This document shows, one piece after another, positions 26,378 through 39,600 of a stretch of 64,000 bases of DNA (its first letter is position 1; the number at the start of each line of letters is the position of its first letter). The notes under the pieces are model-generated. The model had not been told where the DNA came from. It searched no databases and was given only the letters and a program-made list of their open reading frames with translations. Position numbers and translations under genes: made by a program. The stretch spans positions 6,448,001 to 6,512,000 of the forward strand of contig JAQFVV010000002.1 of assembly GCA_028023455.1 (NCBI GenBank), read 5' to 3'. The stretch is from Epiperipatus broadwayi (lineage: Eukaryota > Animalia > Onychophora).

Positions 26378-29300
26378 TTAATATATGGAAATAAAGTTTT
26401 TGGAAAGAAATAAGAAGTTTAAGTATTTATTGTATACACTGACTATTCTATTTTATTTATAAATAAATTATTACCAAGATCAGTAAATATTTCTAAATTA
26501 ATAATTCCAATTGTAGTGATCTGCTGTTTTACTGTTTCTATCTTAGCTCAATAATTCTATCTAATTCTGGATTAATTCTGTAATTATTTTTTTAAATGAT
26601 TACACCCAATTGCTTAATAGACTGGAAGGGGAGGATGAAGCATTGAATAAGCTGAACTACATTTTAAACAAAGAAATAAAGATAGTTTTGAATTATTGTT
26701 TAATTAATCCTACATAAAAAAAATTGTACAATCTAAAAAAAAATTACAATATTTTAAAAGGTTGTGTTTTCATTAACAAAATACACTTATACAGTATAGA
26801 AAAAAATATCTATATATACAGTGGGGTCATGATATCCATTATATTTTGGCACAAGTCTTCTTTGTATATATCATGCATTACACATAATAGATTACATTTT
26901 ATTGATAAACTTTGATTAGAATAAAATATATATATTTTTAATGAACTGCAATTGTACAATACTTTTCAATAAGAGCATATGGATAACACAGATGCTTTTT
27001 ATATATATGTATGCATATATAAATTAAGATTATAGTATGAACAAATTTTTAAAAAAAATAATTATATAGTTGCTAATAGTATATTGAGAGTACACATTTA
27101 CATATATTTCACTCATTTATCCACTGAAAAAAAAATTTCTTTTAAAAAAATGAATAGCAAAATGTCTGACTTTCATTACAATTAAATATGCTCTAGGCAA
27201 TATTTTATTATTTTTTTTCAATAACTTTTTTATAAAACTTTTAGCAATATGCTTAGAAAACATTTTATTATGTAGAATATTGCAGATCAATTTGAAAAGG
27301 ATAATAAAGAATAAAATGTGTGTGCTTATATATATATTAATAAAAAAATGTGTGTGCTTTCAATATAAACATGACTGTGTATGGTTCTTTGAGATGGAAA
27401 AACAGCTGCTTGTATATTGTAATTTTTTTTACAAATGTTGCTTTATTTTTTCAAAACATGATCACGTATAGCATTTACATATGGAAAATTGACTGATTGT
27501 GTATCATAAAATATATTATATTTACTAAATTTTTAATGTTTTTTATTTGTTTATTTACATTTTTGTCTTTAGTTTATATTTTTTAGTACATAGCATATAA
27601 AGCACATATATTGATATAGCATGGTTCACAGCTTCACTATATATACAAAACAATAAACAAATTAAAAAATGAATATTTACTTAAAGGTTTAACAGGGTTT
27701 AAGTGCTTTAAATATCAGAAGATTTATAAGAAGAGATTAAAGAAGCCTATTGTGAAGTTTCAGATTAATGGTCTTATACAATTGCTGCTTTATTGAAAAA
27801 ATTATATCAGCTATTTTCCTACAACATTTGCAATTGTAGCATATATTATAACATAACAAATTAATTATTTTTATTTAATATTTGAATACAAATAAGTGAA
27901 TCTGTGATTATTGAAAATGCAAATAAGAGACGGATGATCAGTGGCTATGTATACATAATTTGTTAACTGATTTATTACCTTTCATTTTATAATAATTTAT
28001 AAGTTTTATAAAATTTAAAAATCAGTTTTTATTTTAGCAGTTGTTATAAAGTGAATTTTATATTTGAAAATCAAATTTCCTGTTTTTATGTGAAGTTTAG
28101 AACAAAAACAAAAAATTAGTTAACACAAGAACAAACATTATTTAAATTTATAAAAGAACAACTTTTAACAAATAATATTTTTAATTTGAAATGCCATATA
28201 ATTTTAAAATATAAAAATCCTCTTTTCCATTAACTAAATCTTTTAACTTTGATTGCAAAACATGCAGATGTCTGAGTTCTCTAGTATTATCATGTAAATA
28301 AATAAATTAAAGATAGCAAGCAGTGATTTAATTTAAACTGAAATTCAATAAATAAAACAAACTAAAGAAAAATGAAATAATGAAATTAAATTTTCAATAA
28401 ATCATCATTTTTAACTGCTTTTCAAAAATTATTATATCCATTTTAATTCCAGATTGGGGAAAAAAAGCAAACTTAAAAAGGCAAAGTTAGAATTGCAGTG
28501 TTTTTTAAGTAAAAGATTAAAATGTTATATACAAAACTACAATCTTCTTATCATGAACAATAGTGTAATAAGCTTATGATGACCAAACTTATATTTATCT
28601 AAATAATTGAATGTAATAAAGTTAAGACAAAGAAGTAAAGAAAAATATATTAATAATGAGAGAAGAAACAAACAGAAGTATTAAAAGATTACATTAGTAA
28701 CAATGTCAAACCCTTGATGATTCAATTACTTATTCTAAAAATAGTAGGAGTTACTTTTAGTTGAATAATGTCTTTTGAATTACATAAGACAAAAGAAATA
28801 TGTGTATCAGTGTCTCAAAAAGTTCAATAATAATTAGCTTTATTTTTTTTTTCTAGTAAAAAAACAAACCAACAAAATATCTTTTACTTTCATAGAATAT
28901 AGCAAAGTAAAAACTTTTTTCAAGGCAGATAGTGGGAGTTGGAGAAAATAGAAAAACTTATCTATAAATCAGTTAATATGAAATTTGCAGCAAATTTTAA
29001 AAGTAGATTTTAGTGAAGAAGAAAAAATGGTAGAAACTATTGATGTCTTATTAATATATAAAAATACATAGAATGTACACATATATAATATATATTAAAA
29101 TAAAAATATACACATTCATTTAATAAATTTTTACAATGTAGGGATACTTTAAAAAATTAAGAGATTTATCATGATAGAAAATATTGATTTTTTTTTTAAT
29201 CTGGAAAAATTGCAAATCATAAAAGTTTTGGAAACCAATTATGGTAGAATAACAGTGCTGTGGTTGTATATCTGCTCTCAAAAACTTTTTGTAGTGAACA

Positions 29301-30022
29301 TAGCGAACAATTATTTTGCCAAAGTAGTTATAATTGTACTGCCAAAACATAATTTCTTCTGTCTTGAGAAACAATGAAGTATTAAAAGAATTAACTTGTA
29401 ATCATATTAATTTATTTCCTTATACTTTTAACATTAAACTATTTTTAATTAAATGATGTTTACTATGTTTCTCTTTATATTAAGTTGATCAACAAAATCA
29501 ATTGAGTTTGGAACATTTATATGATAGGCTGAATATAACAAGAAGTTCATCCCATCCAAATAATTATTTTATAATATTTTAATTTATAATAGTTAACACC
29601 AATGAATGCTATATTGAATAGAATTTTTAAAAATCCTATATATAATATTCCCTAATTTTATTTTGTTTTGAAAAAATAACATATAATGATAAAATATGTT
29701 TTTCTACTGTCCAATTAATTAATTATTGACTTATTAAATTTAATAGAAGACAACTAACACACATTGTTTAAAATTCATCTGCAAGACCAATAGGAAAAAA
29801 CTGAATTCTATAACATTGATTAAAATTATCATGTATTTCAAGCTGAGAATAATAATTAAGTAACTTTTATAAATCTTTATAAAGCATATTAATCTATACA
29901 AATGCAAAATATCTATAGAAATTTCATTGTTATTCTACTAATCATTAGATGCATTTTTATGTAGAAAAGATTGCAATATATCATTTAAATAATTATAATT
30001 CTTTGATTTTTGTTAAATATAT

Positions 30023-30582
30023 TAATATATAGGGTATATGAGCACAGACTTTCACACAACCTACCACTCTTATACACTTGAACACATATATGTTGAAAAG
30101 GTAAATAATCACCAATATTCATATTTCATGCTAAACCAGCAATCATCAGTTGGTCCAGATTATCATCTCTACACATTTATGCTATAAGTGCTCAGATATA
30201 TATTAAGATAGCCAATCCTCATACTTTAATGGACAGGCTTCAATCTACTCCACACTCCAACTCTTCAACCGTCCATCCAATTGAAAATCTGATGGAATGC
30301 TCAAAGGCCATCCTGAGGCCGAGATTCTTGTCACACCCATGTTGACCTAAGGTAATCTGACGCCTCATGTACAGGCTGTAATCCATTTAATACATATACA
30401 AGGGATGGGCAGACATCTCTACTATGTAATAACTGAAATACATAGGCTTATTATATACCTGTATCTATATATGTAATATATAGGGTATATGAGCACAGAC
30501 TTTCACACAACTATTATACACTTGAACACATATATGTTGAAAAGATAAATAATCACCAATATATATATTTCATGCTAAACCA
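30023..30582 (-). mobile_element. 451-bp partial tandem (about 1.25 monomers), Penelope pLTR / retrozyme-like non-autonomous element
   Basis: Direct repeats at 30023-30138 and 30474-30582 (period 451). A hammerhead motif lies at the monomer junction. On the minus strand an ATTGG box and a TATA-like stretch sit upstream of the ribozyme. No ORF. Confidence 0.7.
30111..30154 (-). ncRNA. Minimal type I hammerhead ribozyme motif
   Basis: The minus strand reads ACCAA-CUGAUGA-U-UGCU-GGUUU-AGCA-U-GAAA-UAUGAA-UA-UUGGU. Stem I is ACCAA/UUGGU. Both core boxes are exact. Stem II is 4 bp and stem III is very short. The predicted cleavage triplet is AUA. The 10.1-11.1 position is U-U rather than the usual G-C. 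Confidence 0.7.
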
Positions 30583-30789
30583 CGAAATAAATTAATAATA
30601 ATAAAAATTATATTAATGTAAGACATAAATTTATTGATATAGTTGCATAGATTATTGCTATATTTTAAATTATCTTTTTTAATATATTTTTTAATTTTAT
30701 TTTTTTATAATATTGTAAGTTTTAAAATTTATTAAGTAAATCATTAAATAATTTAAAAATAATGAGGTCTCATTTTATATTCATGTTTA

Positions 30790-30838
30790 TTACATATATA
30801 GACACAGGTATATAATAAGCCTGTGTGTTTCAGTTATT
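30790..30838 (+). repeat. Inverted copy of 30428-30476
   Basis: 46/49 identity to the reverse complement of 30428-30476. Confidence 0.85.
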
Positions 30839-33800
30839 CATGTTTATTATAAGTTTTTCAACTATATATAAAACATCTTGGGGGTTATTTGTCTTTTATT
30901 GTATCTTTATTTATATGAAGAATAAAAAAGAAAGAGGAAGTATGGAGATTATTAAAATATATATAAATCTGTTTTCTCAAATACATAGCATTGTCATAAT
31001 CTCTCCCCCCCACCTGTAATTATATATTCAAAAGAATTCATCAAATAAAAAAAAAAACATTTTTGTAAGTTAACTATTTATTTTAACAGTAATGTTATTA
31101 GAATACCTAACATAATCATAAATTCTAATTTCATATCTCAATTAAAATTTGCACTAAGATATATATATAGTAACAAAAATATTCAAAATAAAAACGTTAA
31201 TTTTGTAAATAATTGATATAAAATATTTAAATTTATTAATGGGAGTATTAATATGCTTTCAAGCCTTTTTTTCACTTATCATTTCAAGATATCTAATATA
31301 TTTTGTCAATCTACATTTACACATTTACTATGTATATATTATAATGATATGGGGGAAGGTTGAATTTGTATGTAATACATTATAAATATTCTAACCCAAA
31401 TTCTTTATTATGTTTACATTTTATTTTCATTTTATTCCTATAGATTGAGGATATAAAAACGAGATTCTATAATAATATATGAAAAATCAAAGGGCAAATT
31501 TTATTAATCTTAAATATATTTAAAAGAATTAAAATAGTCAATAATTTCAGGTGAATACTAATAATTTAAATCAGACATGTAGCTAAAGTTTATGTGAAGT
31601 GAGTGAGTAAGCCAATAAATAATACAGATTCGAATTAAATAATATCATTAACATTTTATTTAACATTATTAAACAAATAAAAAAAAGTCAATAATTTTCC
31701 ACAGCTTCGATTGCCTACAAAATTTGATTTGTATGGTATGCTATGTACATTTAAAATAAATGTTAAATATAAAACTTTCCACAAATCCAAATGGTTGCTG
31801 AAATGGAAGAAACAAAACAAAAAGATAACGTAAGTTACTTCAATATTTTAATTACGTTCAACACTCATTAATCTCTACATTTGTTTCCTATAAATTAAAA
31901 TACATATAATGTGTAAGCTGACTACCTATTCATTCACTCAAATTTACACAGGAAATGTAAGTGCACATAAGTATATATAAAAATATAATATTCAAACTTT
32001 AATATTTCCTGACTTAAAAATAAGTCTTCACAAGCTCTAAAAGAAAAAAATAATGCAGGCATAATAGTATTATTATATATAAATATATCAACTCCTTTAT
32101 TATTTTTAAGTCAAGTTTAGAACAATTTCTTTTTAAAGTTTGTATGAAAAGTTCTTATTTTAAAGTCTCTGTGAGCAGGGAAGCTTGACAGGAGTAGTGG
32201 TTGAATTTGTTTTCAGGCTACAATTTAATCTTGACTGAGATTACTTGGCTTAGCGCTCTTTTTTTTCCTCATGTGTCATAGCATAGGCCGGGAAGTGAAC
32301 CTACTAACACAGGACAACTGCTTGTAAAGGCAGCTGTTCTGACCTCTTGACCACCTCTTGACTGGGCTTTGCACTCTTTTAGCAGAATGATGCAATTTTC
32401 TAGAAAATTTGCATTTGGTTAATTTACAGAGAAATAAACAGATTTTCTCTAGTGATTTCTTTTTTATACAGCAGCTATAAAGTGACTTTACTTCTAGATG
32501 GGATGACTTTCCCAATTTTTTTTAGAAGAAAAAAATTTAGAGATAGGATTATTATAGTGATGACAGCTATTTTTTCTGAATACAGGTGAAATCTCATTAA
32601 CTGCATAGGAAAAACTTTGGCAAAGGGTCAGGCCATTTGACCCTATTTTACTTTAGTTCTTCAGAAGAAGACATACAATCTTTATGGCAGCTAGTTCACA
32701 CAGTAAGTGAATTTTGCTTAATTCTATTTTATTTTATTAGCACATTTTCCTATTATATTACCATGTATGCATTGTTATATGAATTCTAGAATAGGCAATG
32801 TAGTGCAGCATTTGTTTAGCTTTTTATAGAAAAATTGAGGATACACACATTCAAATTAGTGTTTTAGAACTCTTGAGGTTAAGTAAAAAGAAATACTTAA
32901 ATATTTTACACAAAAATTGATATAGTGAGCTCTCAAAGATGTATATTTTTATTTATTAACCGTAACTAAATTCACACATACAAATATAAATTAATTTATA
33001 TTGATTAAAGTCTGGATTATGATTAAGTTTTTCTTTAATACTTAATATTATCCTTTATTTTGTGATAATCCCTTTTCAAAGTTAATTTTGTAAAGTTTGT
33101 AATTAGTCAGTAAGCCACAAAACACAGCAAAGTATAAGACTAATCTGCAACCAATGAAAGGATATCTGCAATTGGATCACAATGAAAACAGATAAAGCAA
33201 CTCATTAAACTATAAATAGGAATCTGTCACAAGATCAATTATTATGCTTGCTTATTCTTATAATTGTGCTTTGATTCTTTATTACTATTTTCTTCATTCA
33301 ACCTTTCTTGATTATCTGAAGCAGTGTTAAAATATAATTACAGAGTATCATTAAGTAGAGAAATTGCCACATTGTACTAAACAATTATTACATTGATCAT
33401 TGTGTCCTGATTATTTGTGAAGTGTATGCTGCCTAACTTCAAAAGTGTCTATAGCTTTGGGAAGAAGACCAGCCAGAATTCAGTAAAAGAAACACCGTCA
33501 GATGCTGCCCATTGAATAAAATAGAAATACTTATTAATGAAGACTATGTTAGTCAGCAAGAATGATCTTAGAAGCTTTTCAGAATACCAGTGAACATAGT
33601 TATGTTATGTCTGCTGTACTGCCAAAAGTATACAGGCACCTGAATTCACAATATGATTAATGATGAAAAAGGTAATTTGTATTAACTTTAATTATATACT
33701 ATTATAACTTTATTTCACTAACATTAGGTATTTAATCTCCTATATCTGTATATTTCATTTCTCTGAAATTTTGTTCTGATTTATTTTACATAAAAATATA

Positions 33801-36800
33801 TATGTTTAGAAATCCAAATGTTGATGGCTTGTTTAATTTATTAAATACACCACAGTTCAAACAGCATAACATTAAAAATATATTTATAAGAAAATAGCTA
33901 ATCAATTATTGCAAACTTTCATTAATTATTTTAAAATAAGAGTTAATAATGATCATTTCCACTAGCCTGAAATATATTAAGAACTAGAATAACAATTTAA
34001 CCACTAACATAAATAAAGCAGATTAATGAAATTGGATAGACAGATTAAATAAATTAAGAAAGATTGTTTTTCATAGTTATAAAAATTTACAGTTTTAAGC
34101 AAAACAATCTCACAGGCATGACAAAGGATATTTGTGTATTAAATTTTCTTGAGCTAATGTACTATTATTTTAGGCTGTTTTGTACTTATAAAATTTTATT
34201 GTCCAGAAATGAGTGTGAAGAAGATGCGTTTTTTTGTTGTTCATAATCAATGAATGCTCTCTAACAATTTCATATTAAATTGGGGGACTTCTTCAATTGA
34301 AAGTAATAGTAAATAGCTGATATATTTTGAAAATTATGTTTATCAACTTAAAATAAGTTCTGATATTTACTCTTGAAATACTGGAAAATAACTGTTCTCT
34401 TTATTTCAGAATTGTGCATATAAATCGGATTTATGTCATCTTTAATTATGAAAGGAAAAACTTTAAATAATAATTTTTAAACTCAAATATGTCTCCATAA
34501 ACTTTGTCACTTGGAGAAAAGCTGAATTTTAATTCAAAATTAATAAAAATCATTCTGTTTATAGATGATAACCTATTTTCTTGATCCTATGATCTAATTA
34601 GCAATATAGATTAAAGATTTATAAACTAATGCATTAGTAAGATACTTCAAATAAAAAGTACTGAATGCTAATATTTTGAATAAAAATATAATACTTTTTT
34701 AAAATGGATTAAATTACTTCATATAATAAACATTTTGTCTCCAGTGCTTAAAGAAATGCATTATGAATTACCAATGCTAAATATTTAAAGACCATTAAAT
34801 TGACAATAGATTGTGAATGCTAAATATTTAAATGCCAATCATGAATTATGTATTATCATGGCAACTATTAAAAATGATAAGTATCAAACTTATAAGCAAT
34901 TCTTAAAATGGATTAATGTGTTGAATGTTACTTACCTTGGATTAAGAAGCATGCTAAAATGGAATTTATTAATTTCTATATTTTGTTTCAAAAAGGATTA
35001 TATTACAAATGAAATTAATTGTGCTTTATACCATCTTTAATGATGTTATTTTAAAAAAATATTTGTAAATTCCAAAGAACATTAGAATGTTTTCATATAT
35101 CAATATTTCATTGGGGTAAATTTTAAAAGCCTTATAACTATTGGAGTGTAAACTGATGGGTTAATTAATGAACTTTATTATAATTGCTTCTTTCTTAATT
35201 AGCTAATATTGTTATTGTTAATGTAATAATGAATAGAACAATTCTTCACATGATTAGTATATGAATATATATATATAATATTTTTATTTAATATTATCGG
35301 TGATCTGGAATAGGATTAACCTTAAGTTAAGATTGTATAATGCAAGTAACTTTTAAATTTGTATAAAACTATGATATATTGCAATCATTATATGTTTTAT
35401 GGGTTCTTAAGTTTAACCTCAAAGTTAAAATGGAATCAACCATTCTTATTTAGATGAGTAAATTTGTAAGGAATATTTTATGTATCACACTTGTACATTA
35501 GTATGAATTTTAAAAATGTTATATAGTATGTAATAAGGCATCCTAATGACCTAGTTATACTTTGTTAGTAGAATAGCAGTCCTAATGTTTAAGCCTGCAA
35601 ATGAATCCAGTGAAGGATCTTGAGGAAAAATAAATAAGCCCAATGTTGTAAATATAATTTTGGTATAATAAACAATAATTGCACTTGCTTTTTTTAAAAG
35701 AGTAAAAACTTCTCCAGTATTATTAAATACTAGTTGATCAATAATTGATTTTTTTGTAAAACAAACTAATCAGGAAGGAACATCATAAAACATTTATCAC
35801 TTTTTAATTATAATGATGATTGTTATCCTCCCTTATTTAAATTGAGGATTATTTTGAAATAATATGTAACCTATTCCTACATTTAATTTTAATGTCTTTG
35901 CAAAAGTGTATGATAATACACTTTTCATATCCCCAGTTTAAAATTAGATTTATTAGATAGTTTATATGATTTTCTTTATTGTTACTATTTGTTTTTATCT
36001 TTTATTTTATATTATGTAATTAAATAATTGTTAATATATTAATACTTCTCCTTTGTCATTATTAAAGAAGCAAATGAAAGTCATATTTAAGATATTACAT
36101 TACACATAAATCCATCTGAAGTAAATACATCATTATTATTATTGATGTTATCTGAAATATAAAAGTATTGGGTAAGATGGTGTACATAAAATTCCTTTTA
36201 CATTGCTATATCCTAAGATGAGTAATACATTTTACATCCATGCATTTATTTTCTTACATTATATAACCCTGAGATAAATCATTAGCCAGCTTTATATTTA
36301 AAATTGTTAGTCTTAGTTTAAAACACAGATTGTTACTCTTAATTAGTTCTTATAGTAAGAAACAATATATTTGAAAAATATTTTTATTAAAATATAATAA
36401 GACTAAGAGTACACTTATTATTGATTAACCCTGAGGAATTTATTTATTACTTTATTAAATTTGAATCTATTATTCAAGTATAAACTAGTTTTAGCTTATA
36501 TGAAAATATAAAATAGGTATTATAATTGAATTATGTTAGTGATACTCACACTGCCACATTATTGACACCATCTTAACTAACCCCTTGAAAGAGTTGAAAT
36601 CTCTTTTGATTTCAATATATATATATTTCATAAGAGAAGAATGCATTGACATAGTTTTGGTTTCTTTCCAATGAATTGTTAATGTTTACTTGATAATTTG
36701 TTATTTACTCTTTTAATAATAGTACAATCAGCACATAGAATATAGATACCCTGTAACTACAAAAGTTTTTATAATCAGGTAAATATTTACAAAATCATCA

Positions 36801-39049
36801 ATGAATTAATTGAATTTTCACTTTTTTTCTAAGGTAAGAAAGACATTAAAATCAACATTGAAATAGAGAATTAAAAAAAAACAGTAGTAACATTATGGGT
36901 CATCCTTAATGAATGCTTTAGTTACCATAAAATGATATTTGGCATAACTTCTCAGCAGTGTCATTATATTTACCAATTAAAAATAGATCTAATAAGATAA
37001 TTTACAAAAATTATATGTAATATTTACTAAGAATATGCGTGTAAAAATGCGATAGTAAGGACTCTACAGGTCTTAACTACAAGCTTATGTTTTGAAAAAA
37101 AGAGGGGAACCCTTCTTTACTTCAACCTACTTTTTATATAAATAGGTGAAGCTGAAATGGTTAGATCTGAGAGCATGAAGCAATTCAATACGTCATTAAT
37201 TAAATCCACATTTCTTATTACACATCAATACTCGCAAAATCTTTCGACTTACAATGAGTCAATGGAAAGATCTTATAGTTAGAAATCTATTATGATAATT
37301 TAAAGTTGTAATTATAAATTTATTTAAATGCACATTGATTACATAAGTAATATTTAAATAGGCTGTAACCAAAAGAATATGCGCGTAAAAATGCGATAAA
37401 TTAGCTAAAAACATAATTTTGGAGGGGAAATAATATAAAGAAAAAACATGTTTCAATAAAATAATAAAATTATTGATTATTACTTAATTTAAAATTTATC
37501 AATAAATATAGATATATCTCATGATCACAATTTCTTATGCTAGCACATAACTGTTATAACTAGATGGGGATTTTATGCACAAGCCTTCTGGCATCCATTG
37601 ATTACTCTGGTTGGTACTGAGTGGCACTACTGTATGGAGAGTTTTGATTGTGTTAAATATAAATATAATGTGCATATTAAAATATCTTTTTACCATGGAT
37701 TTATTTTTCTTTTCAGTCCTTCCTTGTTAGTTGTAATTTTCAATTTTCTTTCTTGTTGGCTTACATTTTAAGCTTCTCCACTATTACATATTTCCAGAGT
37801 AATGTACACAGACAACAGTCTTCAGTTTTGCAATAGAATTTTCAAGTCAGGCTAACACAAAGAATTTATCCATTTTTAAATTTACTAATTTCCAGATTAA
37901 ACTAAAACATATGATGAAAAAGACTATCATCTTTTGAATATAGAGAAGCATGTTTTAGGGCTATTCTTTTTTTAGTGAACAGGATGCATGATGAAGTTTG
38001 ATGATGCTCAGCTTCTTGATAAAATCTAGCACACTATTTTTTCAAATCCATTTTAAAAAATACATTTTTTAACTTAGTGAGATTTGGCTTGCTTAAGATG
38101 ACCAAACTATTACCACTTAGCCCTTCACAGCTAATCTATTTTTTTTCATCAGCTGAATCAATAGTTAACTGCTACTAATTTTTTCAACAGCTAAGTTAAG
38201 AAAGACTGCTTCTGCTGTCTTCTCAACAGCTTGCTCAATAGTGGCTGTTATACACAAGATGGAAGAATACTGATTTACTTGCCCCCTTTCTTAATTTTTT
38301 TGGAATAATTTTCTGACTATCCCCCCACATCTTGACTTCTACATGATCAAATTAAACACTGACTACTTGGGTCCATTTTTACAAAAAGATTGTTTAATTA
38401 TTACCCTCATTTTTTAATTAAAACAATTTCCCTGTAATTGTTGTTTTCTTATGTTAAAAATATGATAATCTTTTATTTACCATGATTTAAAAAACATTGC
38501 CATTTGTTTTTATGAAAGATAAAGAGTTAACAAAAAAGTTGAATCTTTATTTTTAAAAAAAAAAAAACTTTATTCATTTACCACTCTTTTTTTTTTTTTT
38601 ATCTTTTAGATATTAAAATTAAAACCACTTAGTAAACTTTTCTATAACTTACTGAAAAGAATAAAAAAATTCTTTCTATACTCTTTTTTTAAAATTAAAA
38701 TTAATAAATAACATTATTGAAGAGAGAGAATAGAAGAAATTGTTTATTTTATCTTATACTTTTCTCTCTTTTACATATTTTTTAAAAAATATTTGGAATT
38801 ATCATATCATTTAAGAAAAGTAATTTTTAATTAAATCAATACTTATTGTTATAAACAAAATATATGGTAAACTAAAATCTTACCATTTTCTCATTTCTAA
38901 ATTTACTTTAAGAAGCTTGTAATATTTGACATGGCCCAAGTTGTCCACTGTATACAACTTACAACACCCTTTTCTTAAAATGATAAGACAGTGAAATGAA
39001 AATGAATATTTCATTTCTCATTATTTCAAATTTACATCTTGTCACCTTT

Positions 39050-39600
39050 ATTACTGGTGCTGTGTAGGGCTATAGGGATATTCAGATAGGTCTTATCATC
39101 TGTAAATTACTGAAGAGTGATCTTTATCATGTCTTAATTTCTTTACTTGAATTGGATTGAGATGAACTGTTGGTGAACTACTATTCAGATTGTCACCATT
39201 GTTAGTTTTATGAATTACTCCTTCTTTCAAACTTCTATTGATCTTTTTTTCAACCATGCTTCCATGGATTATGTTTAATATTTTTTTTAACAACCCTATA
39301 TTTTATGTTAGTTTTATCTCTGATTTTTGGTAATACTTTATAATGAAAGTTGGAAGAATTAAAATCTGTTTTCCCAATCCTCCTTAGGTTGGTTGCCTTA
39401 GCATTTCTATTATCAATGCTTTTTTTGACAATATAATCATCTGATTTAATTTATGTCTTCATTTAATATAGATTTGACAATCAATAGTTTCAATTGAGAT
39501 ACATGGCCTTGAACTGAGTACAGATCTTTTCAATATCATGGTTTTTCACTTTTTCTATTGTTGTATCTTTCAGACAGTATTCTCAGTTCCTTTCCATTCT
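39050..39600 (-). mobile_element. Highly degraded LINE RT 3' fragment (RTE-like)
   Basis: Minus strand IEKVKNH…(KYLG region), then MLKKILNIIHGSMVEKKINRS…IQVKKLRH, which resembles the post-RT region of RTE elements. Confidence 0.4.

Noticed and set aside
28800-29400. Possible hAT dimerisation domain or Tc1-like end
   Set aside because: Only a vague SEQLF..S motif and a short CAGTGTCTCAAAAAG are present. There is no partner TIR or TSD.
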